Origin: Candidatus Eiseniibacteriota bacterium
GTDB taxonomy: Bacteria > Eisenbacteria > RBG-16-71-46 > DASYSL01
Length of the DNA stretch: 64,000 nt
Reading direction: 5' to 3'
Assembly: GCA_031431875.1 (NCBI GenBank)
Contig: JANPEF010000026.1
Span: 23,270 to 87,269, forward strand
How positions within the stretch are numbered: position 1 is the stretch's first letter; each line of letters begins with the position of its first letter. Of this stretch, positions 52,001 through 59,250 are shown piece by piece. The translations under genes were made by a program, and so were the position numbers. A model generated the notes under the pieces. It was not told the DNA's origin, did no database searches, and was given only the letters and a program-made list of their open reading frames with translations.

Positions 52001-52133
52001 GATCGGTGTAGACCTGCCACCCCGCGAGGTTTCCGGATTCGAAGTCGCCGTTCGTGGCCAGATCGTAGGCGTGGGCAGCGGCCGGAAGTCCCAGGCCGAG
52101 GATGACGAGCAGGGTCAGAAAACGGCGACGCAT
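49029..52133 (-). CDS. Secreted FG-GAP/VCBS repeat protein with FlgD-Ig/T9SS-like C-terminal domain
   Basis: GGGAGG RBS, signal peptide; NGDFESG jelly-roll-like N-domain; seven W[GA]D[FY]DxDxDxD repeats; fn3-like; PNP...VRLSVYDAAGRRV...LPSGLYLLRL. Confidence 0.88.
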   Translation of the reverse strand: MRRRFLTLLVILGLGLPAAAHAYDLATNGDFESGNLAGWQVYTDQSFGGIADWFVTDQPESPISGNGLDPAPGGAFQAVADEEGVGTMILYRDFAIPATLKATLKLTYWINNTGADYSDAGDFYAGGGPNQKVRIDLQDPASSGLLDQEGILANYFRTNGSTPLHRTATTITRDLTPFAGSTVRLRIAVVVTDRFMNVGIDDVSLEVSPFEPLITNLEGAHHGDAAWGDFDNDDDLDLAIGGATNDANLNVVYRHNGDGTMSIAPLGLPLQQKNAYAWGDYDNDGDVDLAMMGYGLFPETEIYRNDTGVFTPIGAGLWNLADGAMAWGDYDNDGDLDLVTTGWDGFFTGYCILYRNDGEGSFVYVANPTPGIRNGSIEWGDFDADGNLDLLTCGLHPDIFSPSRATQLARGDGAGNFTLVDSGLPGVDDGMARWADFDGDGFLDVAIAGETGSGPLARVYTYAPGLGTYSAFVALTAVRGASLGWGDFDNDGDPDLALAGTTGAVRSTSVYRNDGGAALVNIAAALPGVQDGVVLWADYDGDRDLDVLVSGDTGAGFISHVYRNTTPVANAAPSPPIAFGSSVQETGVLFASYSPVDDHSLSSTMNLRIGSSANGVDIISPMANVGTGYRHVVQTGNNSSGASRFVKFSGLGHGTIHWAFQAIDGSFIGGPFAAEQTVVLGADLLSITDVPGDQGGRVRLTIGRSPLDHASRTQFAISGYNVWRRVAAGSLAGLIAQQGTPVKIASDAVESAGRFDLSLVEWGGRRFADGAVLAIASAFPPGTWELVGSFFSQQQAQYLYNSPTAADSGVGGSNRSAFVVTAHTTVPSVWFASEPDSGTSVDNLSPAMPAPFTGQYVAGTAHLHWNRNLEADLAGYRLYRGSSAAFVPGPGNLVAALPDTGYADVAGAPYAYKLTAIDSHGNESLVATLVLGGVVGVDATAGSILSFATPSPNPARSGTTLHYTLSRAGHVRLSVYDAAGRRVVVLRDGELTTGAHSETFALRDGAGRDLPSGLYLLRLEAEGRVLTRRIAAVR

Positions 52134-52220
52134 GGCGTCCTCCCGGCACGGGTGCGTCAAATGAGAAGCGGATGAAGACTATGGCACATCGAGGGGCGCC
52201 CTGCTCTGCCGATCGCAGCC

Positions 52221-54260
52221 CTAGACCGCGAACTCCGCCGCTTCCCAGGCGAGGCCCAGCTCGCTCGGCGGGGCCATGTAGCCCAGCAGGGCCGACGCGG
52301 CGACCACGCTCGGCGAGGCGAGAAAGCCCTCGCCGCCCAGGCCCATGCGGTTCTGCCAGTTGCGATTGAAGCTGGTGATCGCGCGTTGCCCGGGAAGCAG
52401 CGCGTCGGGCCCCTGCCCGAAGCACGGCCCGCACCAGCTTTCGCGAATCTGCCCCCCCGCTCCGCGAAACACGTCGGCGATGCTCCGGCCGTCGAGGCGC
52501 GGATCCGGGCGCTCGATCTCGGCCTTGACGCCGCCGGATCCCGGGAAGATCACGAACTCCTTCACCGCCTTGGTCCGGCCCTGCGCCTGGGCGGCCTTGA
52601 GCACGAGTGCGGCGCTGAGCAGGTCGTCGTAGCCGCCGTTCGTGCACGAGCCGATCATCGCCTTGTCGAACGGGATCTTCTCCTTCGCCACGTCGGTCGC
52701 GGGGAAGGCATTGCCCGGCGAGAAGGGCTTGGCGATCATCGGCCGCACGTCGGCGAGGTCGAGCCCGTCGTCGATTTCCCACGTGACGTCGGCGCCCGGT
52801 GCGATGCGCGGGTACGGCAGGTCGGTCATGCCCTTGGCGGCGAACCACGCGTAGGTGATCTCGTCGGGGGCGAAGATGCCGTTGTAGCTCTCGGCCTCGG
52901 CCATCATGTTGCAGATGGTGTTGCGGAACGCGATCGGCAGCTGGCGGTCGGCATCGACGAACTCGACGCTCATGCCCTGCGACTGCGCAGCACCCCAGCG
53001 GCGCAGCAGCTCGAGCACCAGGTCCTTCCCCGTCACCCAGGGCTGCAGTGCGCCCTTGAACGTGACGCGGCGCGGCTTTGCCACCGTCGTGTAGATGTGC
53101 CCGGTGCTCCAGCCGAAGCCGAGCGTCGTCGAGCCCACGCCGATGCCGATCGCACCGTACGCGCCGTAGGCGCGCGAGTGCGAGTCGGCGCCGGGGATCA
53201 TCATGCCCGGCTGCACCAGGCCCTGCTCGGGGAAGTAGAAGTGGAAGATGCCGTCGCCCGGCGTCGCATACCAAGGCTTCTCGATGCCGTGCAGCTTCGC
53301 GAAGGCGCGCCCGATGCCGGTCTGCCGGTCGTCGGCCGCGACACCGGTGAACACGAAGTGATCGTTGGCGATCGCCGCGCGGCGCGGCCAGATCGTGTTG
53401 CCACCGGTGATCTGGTTGAACGTGTGGATGGAGAACGGCGCCGTGCCGTCGCTGGCGGGCAGCAGGTCGGCGTACACGCGCACGGTCGCGCCGGGCCGGA
53501 TCACGGCGTCCTTGTCGACGCGATGCGCCCACAGGATCTGCTCGGTCGTGGTCATCGTCCGCGCCGTCGCCGCGTCGGCCCATTCGACACGAGGGGCGCC
53601 CCGCAGTGACTCGCGGAACTCGCGGCGACCGAGGGCGATGATGCCGCCGCTGCGGCGGATCTCGTCCTCCTTCGGAGTGAGCGGCACGGGATCGTAGGCC
53701 TTCCCCTGCGTGACGTTCGCCAGCCGGCGCGAGTCGGGGTCGAAGCTGAGCGCATCGCCGTCCCTCGCATCGGCCACCGCATCAGGGCTCTGCACGACGT
53801 GCAGTCCCAGGTTGAACGCGTTGCGGCGGAAGATGTCACCCATGTTGTTGCCGCAGACAATGACGAGCTCGAGGCCCTTCTCCTCGCCCACGCCCTTGAG
53901 ACCGGCCGGGCTCATCTCGCGCGAGCTGCCGATGGCGAAACGATCTCCCGCAATGACGAACGTCTCGCCGGCGTGCACGCGCGCGCGGAAGTCGGGCATG
54001 AGGTAGCGGAACGACCCGGCCTTCCAGCGCTCGTCGAGCGTGTCGAGGCTCTCGCTCACGCAATCGGCCGCGGGCGTGATCTGGTCGGTGTCGATTGCGT
54101 CGAGCTTGTGCCCGGGCCGCTTCGGGTCCCAGAAGATGAGGGCTCGTCCCGCGATCGTCCGTGCGCCCATCGTGCCGGCATCGCCGACTGCGTCGGCCGG
54201 GGCGATGGACTCGAGGGTGACTCCGGGCTTGAGACGCGCAGGGGTGGCGGGCGACGACAT
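52221..54260 (-). CDS. Aconitase-superfamily hydro-lyase, fused small(swivel)-large subunit (LeuD-LeuC order)
   Basis: N-terminal IDTDQI.P, F..GSSRE, IFRRNAFNLGL; then MTTTEQIL, DH, GIFH, GADSHS, EF, NM.AE; Fe-S Cys GSCTNG and CGPC; NRNW.NRMG, LASP; GGAGG RBS. Confidence 0.88.
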   Translation of the reverse strand: MSSPATPARLKPGVTLESIAPADAVGDAGTMGARTIAGRALIFWDPKRPGHKLDAIDTDQITPAADCVSESLDTLDERWKAGSFRYLMPDFRARVHAGETFVIAGDRFAIGSSREMSPAGLKGVGEEKGLELVIVCGNNMGDIFRRNAFNLGLHVVQSPDAVADARDGDALSFDPDSRRLANVTQGKAYDPVPLTPKEDEIRRSGGIIALGRREFRESLRGAPRVEWADAATARTMTTTEQILWAHRVDKDAVIRPGATVRVYADLLPASDGTAPFSIHTFNQITGGNTIWPRRAAIANDHFVFTGVAADDRQTGIGRAFAKLHGIEKPWYATPGDGIFHFYFPEQGLVQPGMMIPGADSHSRAYGAYGAIGIGVGSTTLGFGWSTGHIYTTVAKPRRVTFKGALQPWVTGKDLVLELLRRWGAAQSQGMSVEFVDADRQLPIAFRNTICNMMAEAESYNGIFAPDEITYAWFAAKGMTDLPYPRIAPGADVTWEIDDGLDLADVRPMIAKPFSPGNAFPATDVAKEKIPFDKAMIGSCTNGGYDDLLSAALVLKAAQAQGRTKAVKEFVIFPGSGGVKAEIERPDPRLDGRSIADVFRGAGGQIRESWCGPCFGQGPDALLPGQRAITSFNRNWQNRMGLGGEGFLASPSVVAASALLGYMAPPSELGLAWEAAEFAV

Positions 54261-54436
54261 GGAGCATCCTCCGACGGAGCGTGGGGCGTGCGGACACGGG
54301 GCGGGGCCGCATGGCCCGCGGCCCGATCCTACCCCGCTCCGTCGGAAATGCGAAACGGCCCTCCCGCCAGGGGGCGCGGAAGAGCCGTCGCAGGGCGGTC
54401 CGGACGGATCCGGTGGCCCGCCGCTTCCGGCAGCGA

Positions 54437-54607
54437 TCAGACGTCGAAGTAGGGAATGAGGCCCTGGTAGAAGCCCGCGACCACCGGGCCGAGCGCGCGC
54501 AGCCCCGCCACCGAGACGACGGCGAGAAGGCCCGCGAGCAGGGCGTACTCGACCAGGTCCTGTCCGGACTCTTCGTTGACCAGCAGATCCATCCACGCAC
54601 GAAACAT
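54437..54607 (-). CDS. flp: Flp family type IVb pilin (56 aa; not in ORF track)
   Basis: Translated by hand: MFRAWMDLLVNEESG/QDLVEYALLAGLLAVVSVAGLRALGPVVAGFYQGLIPYFDV; G/xxxxEY prepilin site; AGGAG RBS. Confidence 0.88.
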   Translation of the reverse strand: MFRAWMDLLVNEESGQDLVEYALLAGLLAVVSVAGLRALGPVVAGFYQGLIPYFDV

Positions 54608-54671
54608 GGCGCACTCTCCTTCGCGGACTCGGGCCCCGACGACCGGGGATCAGGCGGACACCGCAAGGAAT

Positions 54672-54687
54672 CGCAAGGCCCGTGCCG
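54672..54687 (-). promoter_or_regulatory. sigma54 (-24/-12) promoter of the second flp
   Basis: Minus strand CGGCACGGGCCTTGCG = GGCACG-N4-TTGC, ~65 nt upstream of the ATG. Confidence 0.75.
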
Positions 54688-54874
54688 CGGGCGACCGCAA
54701 TGGCGGCCAAAGTCCATCCCGACGGATAATCCCCCCCGCCAAGCGGGAAGGGTGCTCCGCAAACGGAGGAACCCCATCGAGTTCAGGCGGCCCCTCCGAC
54801 AGGAGAGGGTGCCCGGCGTTGCAACGGGCGGTGAGGGACGCAAGGCGCGGGGCGGGTGGAGTGGTGGGTGAGAC

Positions 54875-54918
54875 AAAAAAACCCGCAGCCTGCACGACCG
54901 AAGCGTGCAGGCTGCGGG
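54875..54918 (-). terminator. Intrinsic terminator after first flp
   Basis: Minus strand CCCGCAGCCTGCACG-CTTCGGT-CGTGCAGGCTGCGGG-TTTTTTT. Confidence 0.9.
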
Positions 54919-54933
54919 CCCGGCCCCCCGGTC

Positions 54934-55104
54934 TCAGGCGGGCGGAAACACCTCGGAAATGCGCGTGAACAGCTTCCCGATCTCGAGGCCCAGGAATGAC
55001 AGCGCGGTGATCGTGACCGTCGCCAGGAGCGCCGCCAAGAGCGCGTATTCGACCAGATCCTGTCCTGTTTCGTCGACGAGGAGTCGACCAAGCATCCTGC
55101 TCAT
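54934..55104 (-). CDS. flp: Flp family type IVb pilin (56 aa)
   Basis: MSRMLGRLLVDETG/QDLVEYALLAALLATVTITALSFLG..I..LF..IS; AAGGAGGG RBS. Confidence 0.92.
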   Translation of the reverse strand: MSRMLGRLLVDETGQDLVEYALLAALLATVTITALSFLGLEIGKLFTRISEVFPPA

Positions 55105-55177
55105 GGGAACCCTCCTTGTGTGGACCCGCGCGGCCGACCGTACGCCCGGGGTCGTGCACTCCGCAAGCCCCTTCGCA

Positions 55178-55606
55178 TCACCCGTCGTCCGGCTCGATCT
55201 CGACCCGGCTCGACAGGCGAACCCCCGGTGCAAGCGTGCCGTGGACCGAGCAGTACTTGGTGTCCGACAGCCGGACGGCGTCCTCGACCGCCGCGCGATC
55301 GATGCCGCGGCCGCGCACACGGTGCACGACCTCGATGGCGGTGAAGGACCGGGGATGCTCATCGCGACGCGTGCCGAGCAGTTCGATCTCGTACCCGGTC
55401 ACGACCTGGCGCTTCTTGCGCAGGATCGCGATGACGTCCATGCCGGAACACGCGCCGAGGGCGGCGAGCAACGCGTCGAGCGGACTCGGGGCCGTGGCAT
55501 CCTTGCCGCTGTCGAGGAGGAAAGTCTGGTCCGAGTCGGACGTCGCTCGAAAGCGAAGCCCGGTGCCCTCGACGGTCTCGAGGACGAGGCGTCCATTCTT
55601 CTGCAT
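55178..55606 (-). CDS. OsmC/YhfA family protein
   Basis: PSPLDALLAALGACSGMDV..IL.K, PRSFT.I, LS..KYCSV. Confidence 0.9.
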   Translation of the reverse strand: MQKNGRLVLETVEGTGLRFRATSDSDQTFLLDSGKDATAPSPLDALLAALGACSGMDVIAILRKKRQVVTGYEIELLGTRRDEHPRSFTAIEVVHRVRGRGIDRAAVEDAVRLSDTKYCSVHGTLAPGVRLSSRVEIEPDDG

Positions 55607-55621
55607 CGGAGTCTCCGTGGT

Positions 55622-56293
55622 TCAGTCGCGCAACGAGTAGAGCTTGAACACGCCCTTGCGCTCGGCGACGGTGCGCAGGAAGTCGAAGCGCTGCTCCACT
55701 CCCGCTTCGTCCTTCACCACGATCACGATACCGCGATACAGGTTGAAGTTACGGAACTTCGTGACACCGCCGGTCGCCTCGATCCGCACGAACGTCCACG
55801 GCTGGCCGCCCCAGTCCGCCGCGGCGCCGCGCGTCCCCGAGATCAGGCGGTTGTCGAGCACGCGCCAGCCGTCCATCGGCAGCAGCCCCGTAGCCGGGCG
55901 ACTCTGCGGGAACTCGGGCCACAGGATGACCTCGAACTCCTGCTTCGTCACGCAGAGCGAGAGCAGCGAATCCGGAGCGTTGCTCGACAGGTTCGAGACG
56001 ACCGCCCGGCCCAGGGCGGTCAGGGATCGCTTCCCGCCGCTGAACGGCAGCGACACGAGCGGCGCATCGCGTCTCCCGATGCGCACCGACGCCGACTCGG
56101 GATCCGCCGGCGGATACCAGCCCTGGCGGATCCGCGCGGCACGGATCGAATCCGCCGCCTGCTGCAATGCGCTGTCCTGGGAGGAGTCCGCGACGCCCGC
56201 CTCGAATGCAGGAGAACCCGCCGCGATCGGCGCGGCGGCCCCCACGGTCAGGGCGAGGGCCAGTCCCCAGAGATGCAACCGTCCCCCATTCAT
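55622..56293 (-). CDS. Hypothetical exported protein
   Basis: Signal-like N-terminus; ATG overlaps the TonB receptor stop (TGATG); LWPEFP, FKLYSL. Confidence 0.65.
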   Translation of the reverse strand: MNGGRLHLWGLALALTVGAAAPIAAGSPAFEAGVADSSQDSALQQAADSIRAARIRQGWYPPADPESASVRIGRRDAPLVSLPFSGGKRSLTALGRAVVSNLSSNAPDSLLSLCVTKQEFEVILWPEFPQSRPATGLLPMDGWRVLDNRLISGTRGAAADWGGQPWTFVRIEATGGVTKFRNFNLYRGIVIVVKDEAGVEQRFDFLRTVAERKGVFKLYSLRD

Positions 56294-59157
56294 CACGATC
56301 CGAAGGCGAGCGACAGGCTCACGGTGCGACCGGGCTTGGCAAAACGCCAGATCTTGCCGTTCTGCAGACTCACGTAATTTGCGTCGAACAGGTTCGCGCC
56401 GGCGAGCTTGAATCGCCACTGCTCCCAAGGCCGGTAGTTGAGCGCCAGGTCGACCGTCGTGGTCGGCTCGTCATAGATGTCACCGTTCGGCGGGAAGCCC
56501 AGGTTGGCGAGGCGGCGGCCGACCCGGTTGATGAGCATCGTTCCGTCCCAGCGCCCGTTCGGTGCGCCGTAGCCGAGCCCGAGGTTCACGAGATAGTCCG
56601 ACTGGCCCTGCAGTGGGTGCTCCCGCGAGCCGACGCCCTGGGCGAGTTCGATCTTCGAGTCGATCACGGAGGCGTTGAGATTGAACGTGAACCCAGCGAG
56701 TGCGGGCGATACCCGCATCAGGTTGAACCGCCCTTCGAGCTCGACGCCGACGTTGCGGCCCTGCTCGGAGTTGATGGGACTAATGAGCGGTTGATCCGAC
56801 GGCAGGATCGCGTGCTCGATGGGGTCGGTGAAGTCCTTGTAGAACAGGCTGGCCGCCACGACCTCGTTGGCCGAGGGAAAGTGTTCGGCCCGCACATCGT
56901 AGTTCAGGATCGTCGCCCGCACGAGAGCGGGATTGCCGCGAAAGCGGAATCCGCCCAGGAAGTCCTGCGTCGTCCCGGGATTCAGCTCGCGAATGTCGGG
57001 GCGGGACAGGGTGCGCGCGGCGGCGAGGCGCAGGTTCGACCGGTCCGACACCTGGTAGATGAGGTTGAGGCTGGGCAGAAAGTCCACGTTCTCGAGGTGG
57101 GCCTCCGCGGGCGCCCCCGTGGCCCCGTCGACGACGGTCTGGTTCGTGAAATAGTCGTACGTCCTCACGCCCTGGACGCCGTCCTCGTAGCGCAGCCCGA
57201 CGATGGCGCGCAGACGTCGCGTGATCCCCAGATCCCCGCTGGCGAACGCGGCACGCACGACCTGGTTCGCTTCGTACGAATCTTCGGGGAACGTGTATTC
57301 GTTGAGCTGGGCGCCCGCAACGGGGTTTCCCCACTGGCCGGCGGCGTAGATCGACTCGGGCGGAGTCGCCGTGCCGTAACTCGACAACGTCGAGAAGCCG
57401 AACCGTCGATAGGTCGACACGCGTTCCCGGTCCTGATACTGGACGCCGAAGTCGACCTTGGCGTCGGTCAACCACGACACGGACACGGGGAGGGACACCT
57501 TCGCGTCGAAGCCCGTTCCGTTCTCCTCGAGTTCGCCGAACTCGCGACCGCCACCGGTGAACGTCAGGTCGGGGGCGGGGTTGCCCTCGTCGTCCCGACG
57601 GGCGACGTAGTAGTACTCCCGGCGATCGGGTTCGGAGCGTTCCGAGGAGGACAGGCTGCCCCGCCAGGTCAGTTTCGCGCGTGCGACCGACGGGAAATCG
57701 TGGACGCCGCCGAGGCTGCCCGACCGGATCTGGCGCTGGACGTAGCGCAGACGGGTGCTCAGGTAGTCGGCGTTCTGCGAGCTGAAGAAGCCGCTGTACT
57801 GGCGGACCTCGTCCTCGGCGCTATTCGAGTAGGTGCCACGGACGTCGAGCGCGTGCGAGGGCCCGAGGCGATAGGCCACGCCGCCGGTGCCGCCGAAGAG
57901 GACGCTCTCGGTGTACTTCTTCACGGCGTAGTCCGCCGAGACTTCCTGCTCGGCGTTGTTCTCATAGAAACGCTGGATCTCCTCGCCATAGCTATTCGAC
58001 TTGCTCCACGACAGGGAGCCGACCACACCGAGCGCGTCCCCGAAGACCTTGAGTTCGTCGCCGAAGCTGAGTTGGGCCGCCCCGTTCGGCCCTGGCGTGA
58101 CCCCATGCGGCGACCACACGTTGGCGAACGACGAGCCCATCACTTCGACCGAGTCACGGCGGAAGCCCTGCGTCGGATCGAAGCTCGGCTGGGCCTTGCG
58201 TTCGGCCGCCCACTGCTCGACCAGGGACGGCAGCCCGCGCGATCCCGTTCCGTACCCGAACGTGTCCCCGGAGGTCCCGTCGTAGGTCTGGAATCCCTTC
58301 TTGAACGTCGTGCCCTCGGACCAACCCTGCGACACCGTGAAGCCGAGCGTCCGCCGGCCCGGGAACGCCTTCGTCCTCACCTGGACGTCGCCGCCGCCGA
58401 ACTCGCCGGGGCGATCGGCGGTGTAGGTTTTCTGCACGACGACATTCTCGAGCAGGTTCGCGGGCACGAGATCGAGGGGCACGACACGCTTGCCCGGTTC
58501 GGGGCTGGTGACGCGAACGCCATCGATCGAAGTCGAGCTGTAGCGCTCGCCGAGGCCGCGCACATAGACATACTTGTTGTCGACGACCGAGGTTCCGGTG
58601 ACGCGCTTGAGCACGTCGGCAACGTCGCGATCGGCCGACTTCCTGACCTGCTCGGCGCTCACCGCGTCCCCGACGGACGTCGCCTTCCTGCGGGCGTTGA
58701 GCATCGCACCCTCGGTGTTCGTGAGGGCGCGGGCCTCGACCACCACCTCCTCCTGGGCAATCGCATCGGGATCGAGCTGCACGTCGAATCGGTCGACCTG
58801 GCCGGCCACGACCGTGACGCCCGTGACCTGCTTCGTGCGGTAGGAGATCGAGCGGATCTGCAGGGTGTAGGCCCCGGGTTCGGCCTCGATCGTGAAGGTC
58901 CCGTCGGCATTGCTCATCGCGCCCGAGCGCTTGCCGGTCGGGTCCACCGGCATGAGGAGGACGTCGGCGTAGGGCAGCGGCTCTCCGCTGTCCTTCGCCA
59001 GGACCTTGCCGGAGACTTTTCCGCGCGAAGTCTGGGCAGCCGCGTCGAGGACCCCGATGCCGGCAGCCAGGATGCCCATCGGTGCGGGTGCAAGACCCGC
59101 GAGCACGACGACGACGCTGATGCTGATGCTTGCTGTTTTACGACTGGCCTGCCTCAC
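56293..59157 (-). CDS. TonB-dependent receptor with N-terminal carboxypeptidase-regulatory-like domain
   Basis: SGKV..KDSGEPL..A.V, L.RVTG.SV..KYVYVRGLGERY, PLDL.P, KTYTAD.PGEF.GG, LSRPD.REL, FYKDF.DPIE, NLFD; GGGAGG RBS before GTG 59157. Confidence 0.92.
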   Translation of the reverse strand: MRQASRKTASISISVVVVLAGLAPAPMGILAAGIGVLDAAAQTSRGKVSGKVLAKDSGEPLPYADVLLMPVDPTGKRSGAMSNADGTFTIEAEPGAYTLQIRSISYRTKQVTGVTVVAGQVDRFDVQLDPDAIAQEEVVVEARALTNTEGAMLNARRKATSVGDAVSAEQVRKSADRDVADVLKRVTGTSVVDNKYVYVRGLGERYSSTSIDGVRVTSPEPGKRVVPLDLVPANLLENVVVQKTYTADRPGEFGGGDVQVRTKAFPGRRTLGFTVSQGWSEGTTFKKGFQTYDGTSGDTFGYGTGSRGLPSLVEQWAAERKAQPSFDPTQGFRRDSVEVMGSSFANVWSPHGVTPGPNGAAQLSFGDELKVFGDALGVVGSLSWSKSNSYGEEIQRFYENNAEQEVSADYAVKKYTESVLFGGTGGVAYRLGPSHALDVRGTYSNSAEDEVRQYSGFFSSQNADYLSTRLRYVQRQIRSGSLGGVHDFPSVARAKLTWRGSLSSSERSEPDRREYYYVARRDDEGNPAPDLTFTGGGREFGELEENGTGFDAKVSLPVSVSWLTDAKVDFGVQYQDRERVSTYRRFGFSTLSSYGTATPPESIYAAGQWGNPVAGAQLNEYTFPEDSYEANQVVRAAFASGDLGITRRLRAIVGLRYEDGVQGVRTYDYFTNQTVVDGATGAPAEAHLENVDFLPSLNLIYQVSDRSNLRLAAARTLSRPDIRELNPGTTQDFLGGFRFRGNPALVRATILNYDVRAEHFPSANEVVAASLFYKDFTDPIEHAILPSDQPLISPINSEQGRNVGVELEGRFNLMRVSPALAGFTFNLNASVIDSKIELAQGVGSREHPLQGQSDYLVNLGLGYGAPNGRWDGTMLINRVGRRLANLGFPPNGDIYDEPTTTVDLALNYRPWEQWRFKLAGANLFDANYVSLQNGKIWRFAKPGRTVSLSLAFGS

Positions 59158-59197
59158 CGGCAACCCCTCCCTCACGTTTTTCCCTGCAAGCAGCGTC

Positions 59198-59225
59198 GGG
59201 GGAGTGGGCGGCAACCCACTCCCCC
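59198..59225. other. Intercistronic hairpin (mRNA stabiliser/attenuator candidate)
   Basis: GGGGGAGTGGG-CGGCAA-CCCACTCCCCC between co-oriented genes, no U tract. Confidence 0.45.
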
Positions 59226-59250
59226 CGCTGAGGAACGACTTCCGTGCGAC

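Noticed and set aside
52182..52198. TGGCAC motif upstream of the FG-GAP gene
   Set aside because: Wrong strand for the gene and no GC at the -12 position
54810..54860. GGGACGCAAGGC resembling the c-di-GMP-I riboswitch core near the pilin genes
   Set aside because: On the strand opposite the flp genes, and lacks the upstream GGCAAA + GNRA-capped P2 stem and a convincing P1
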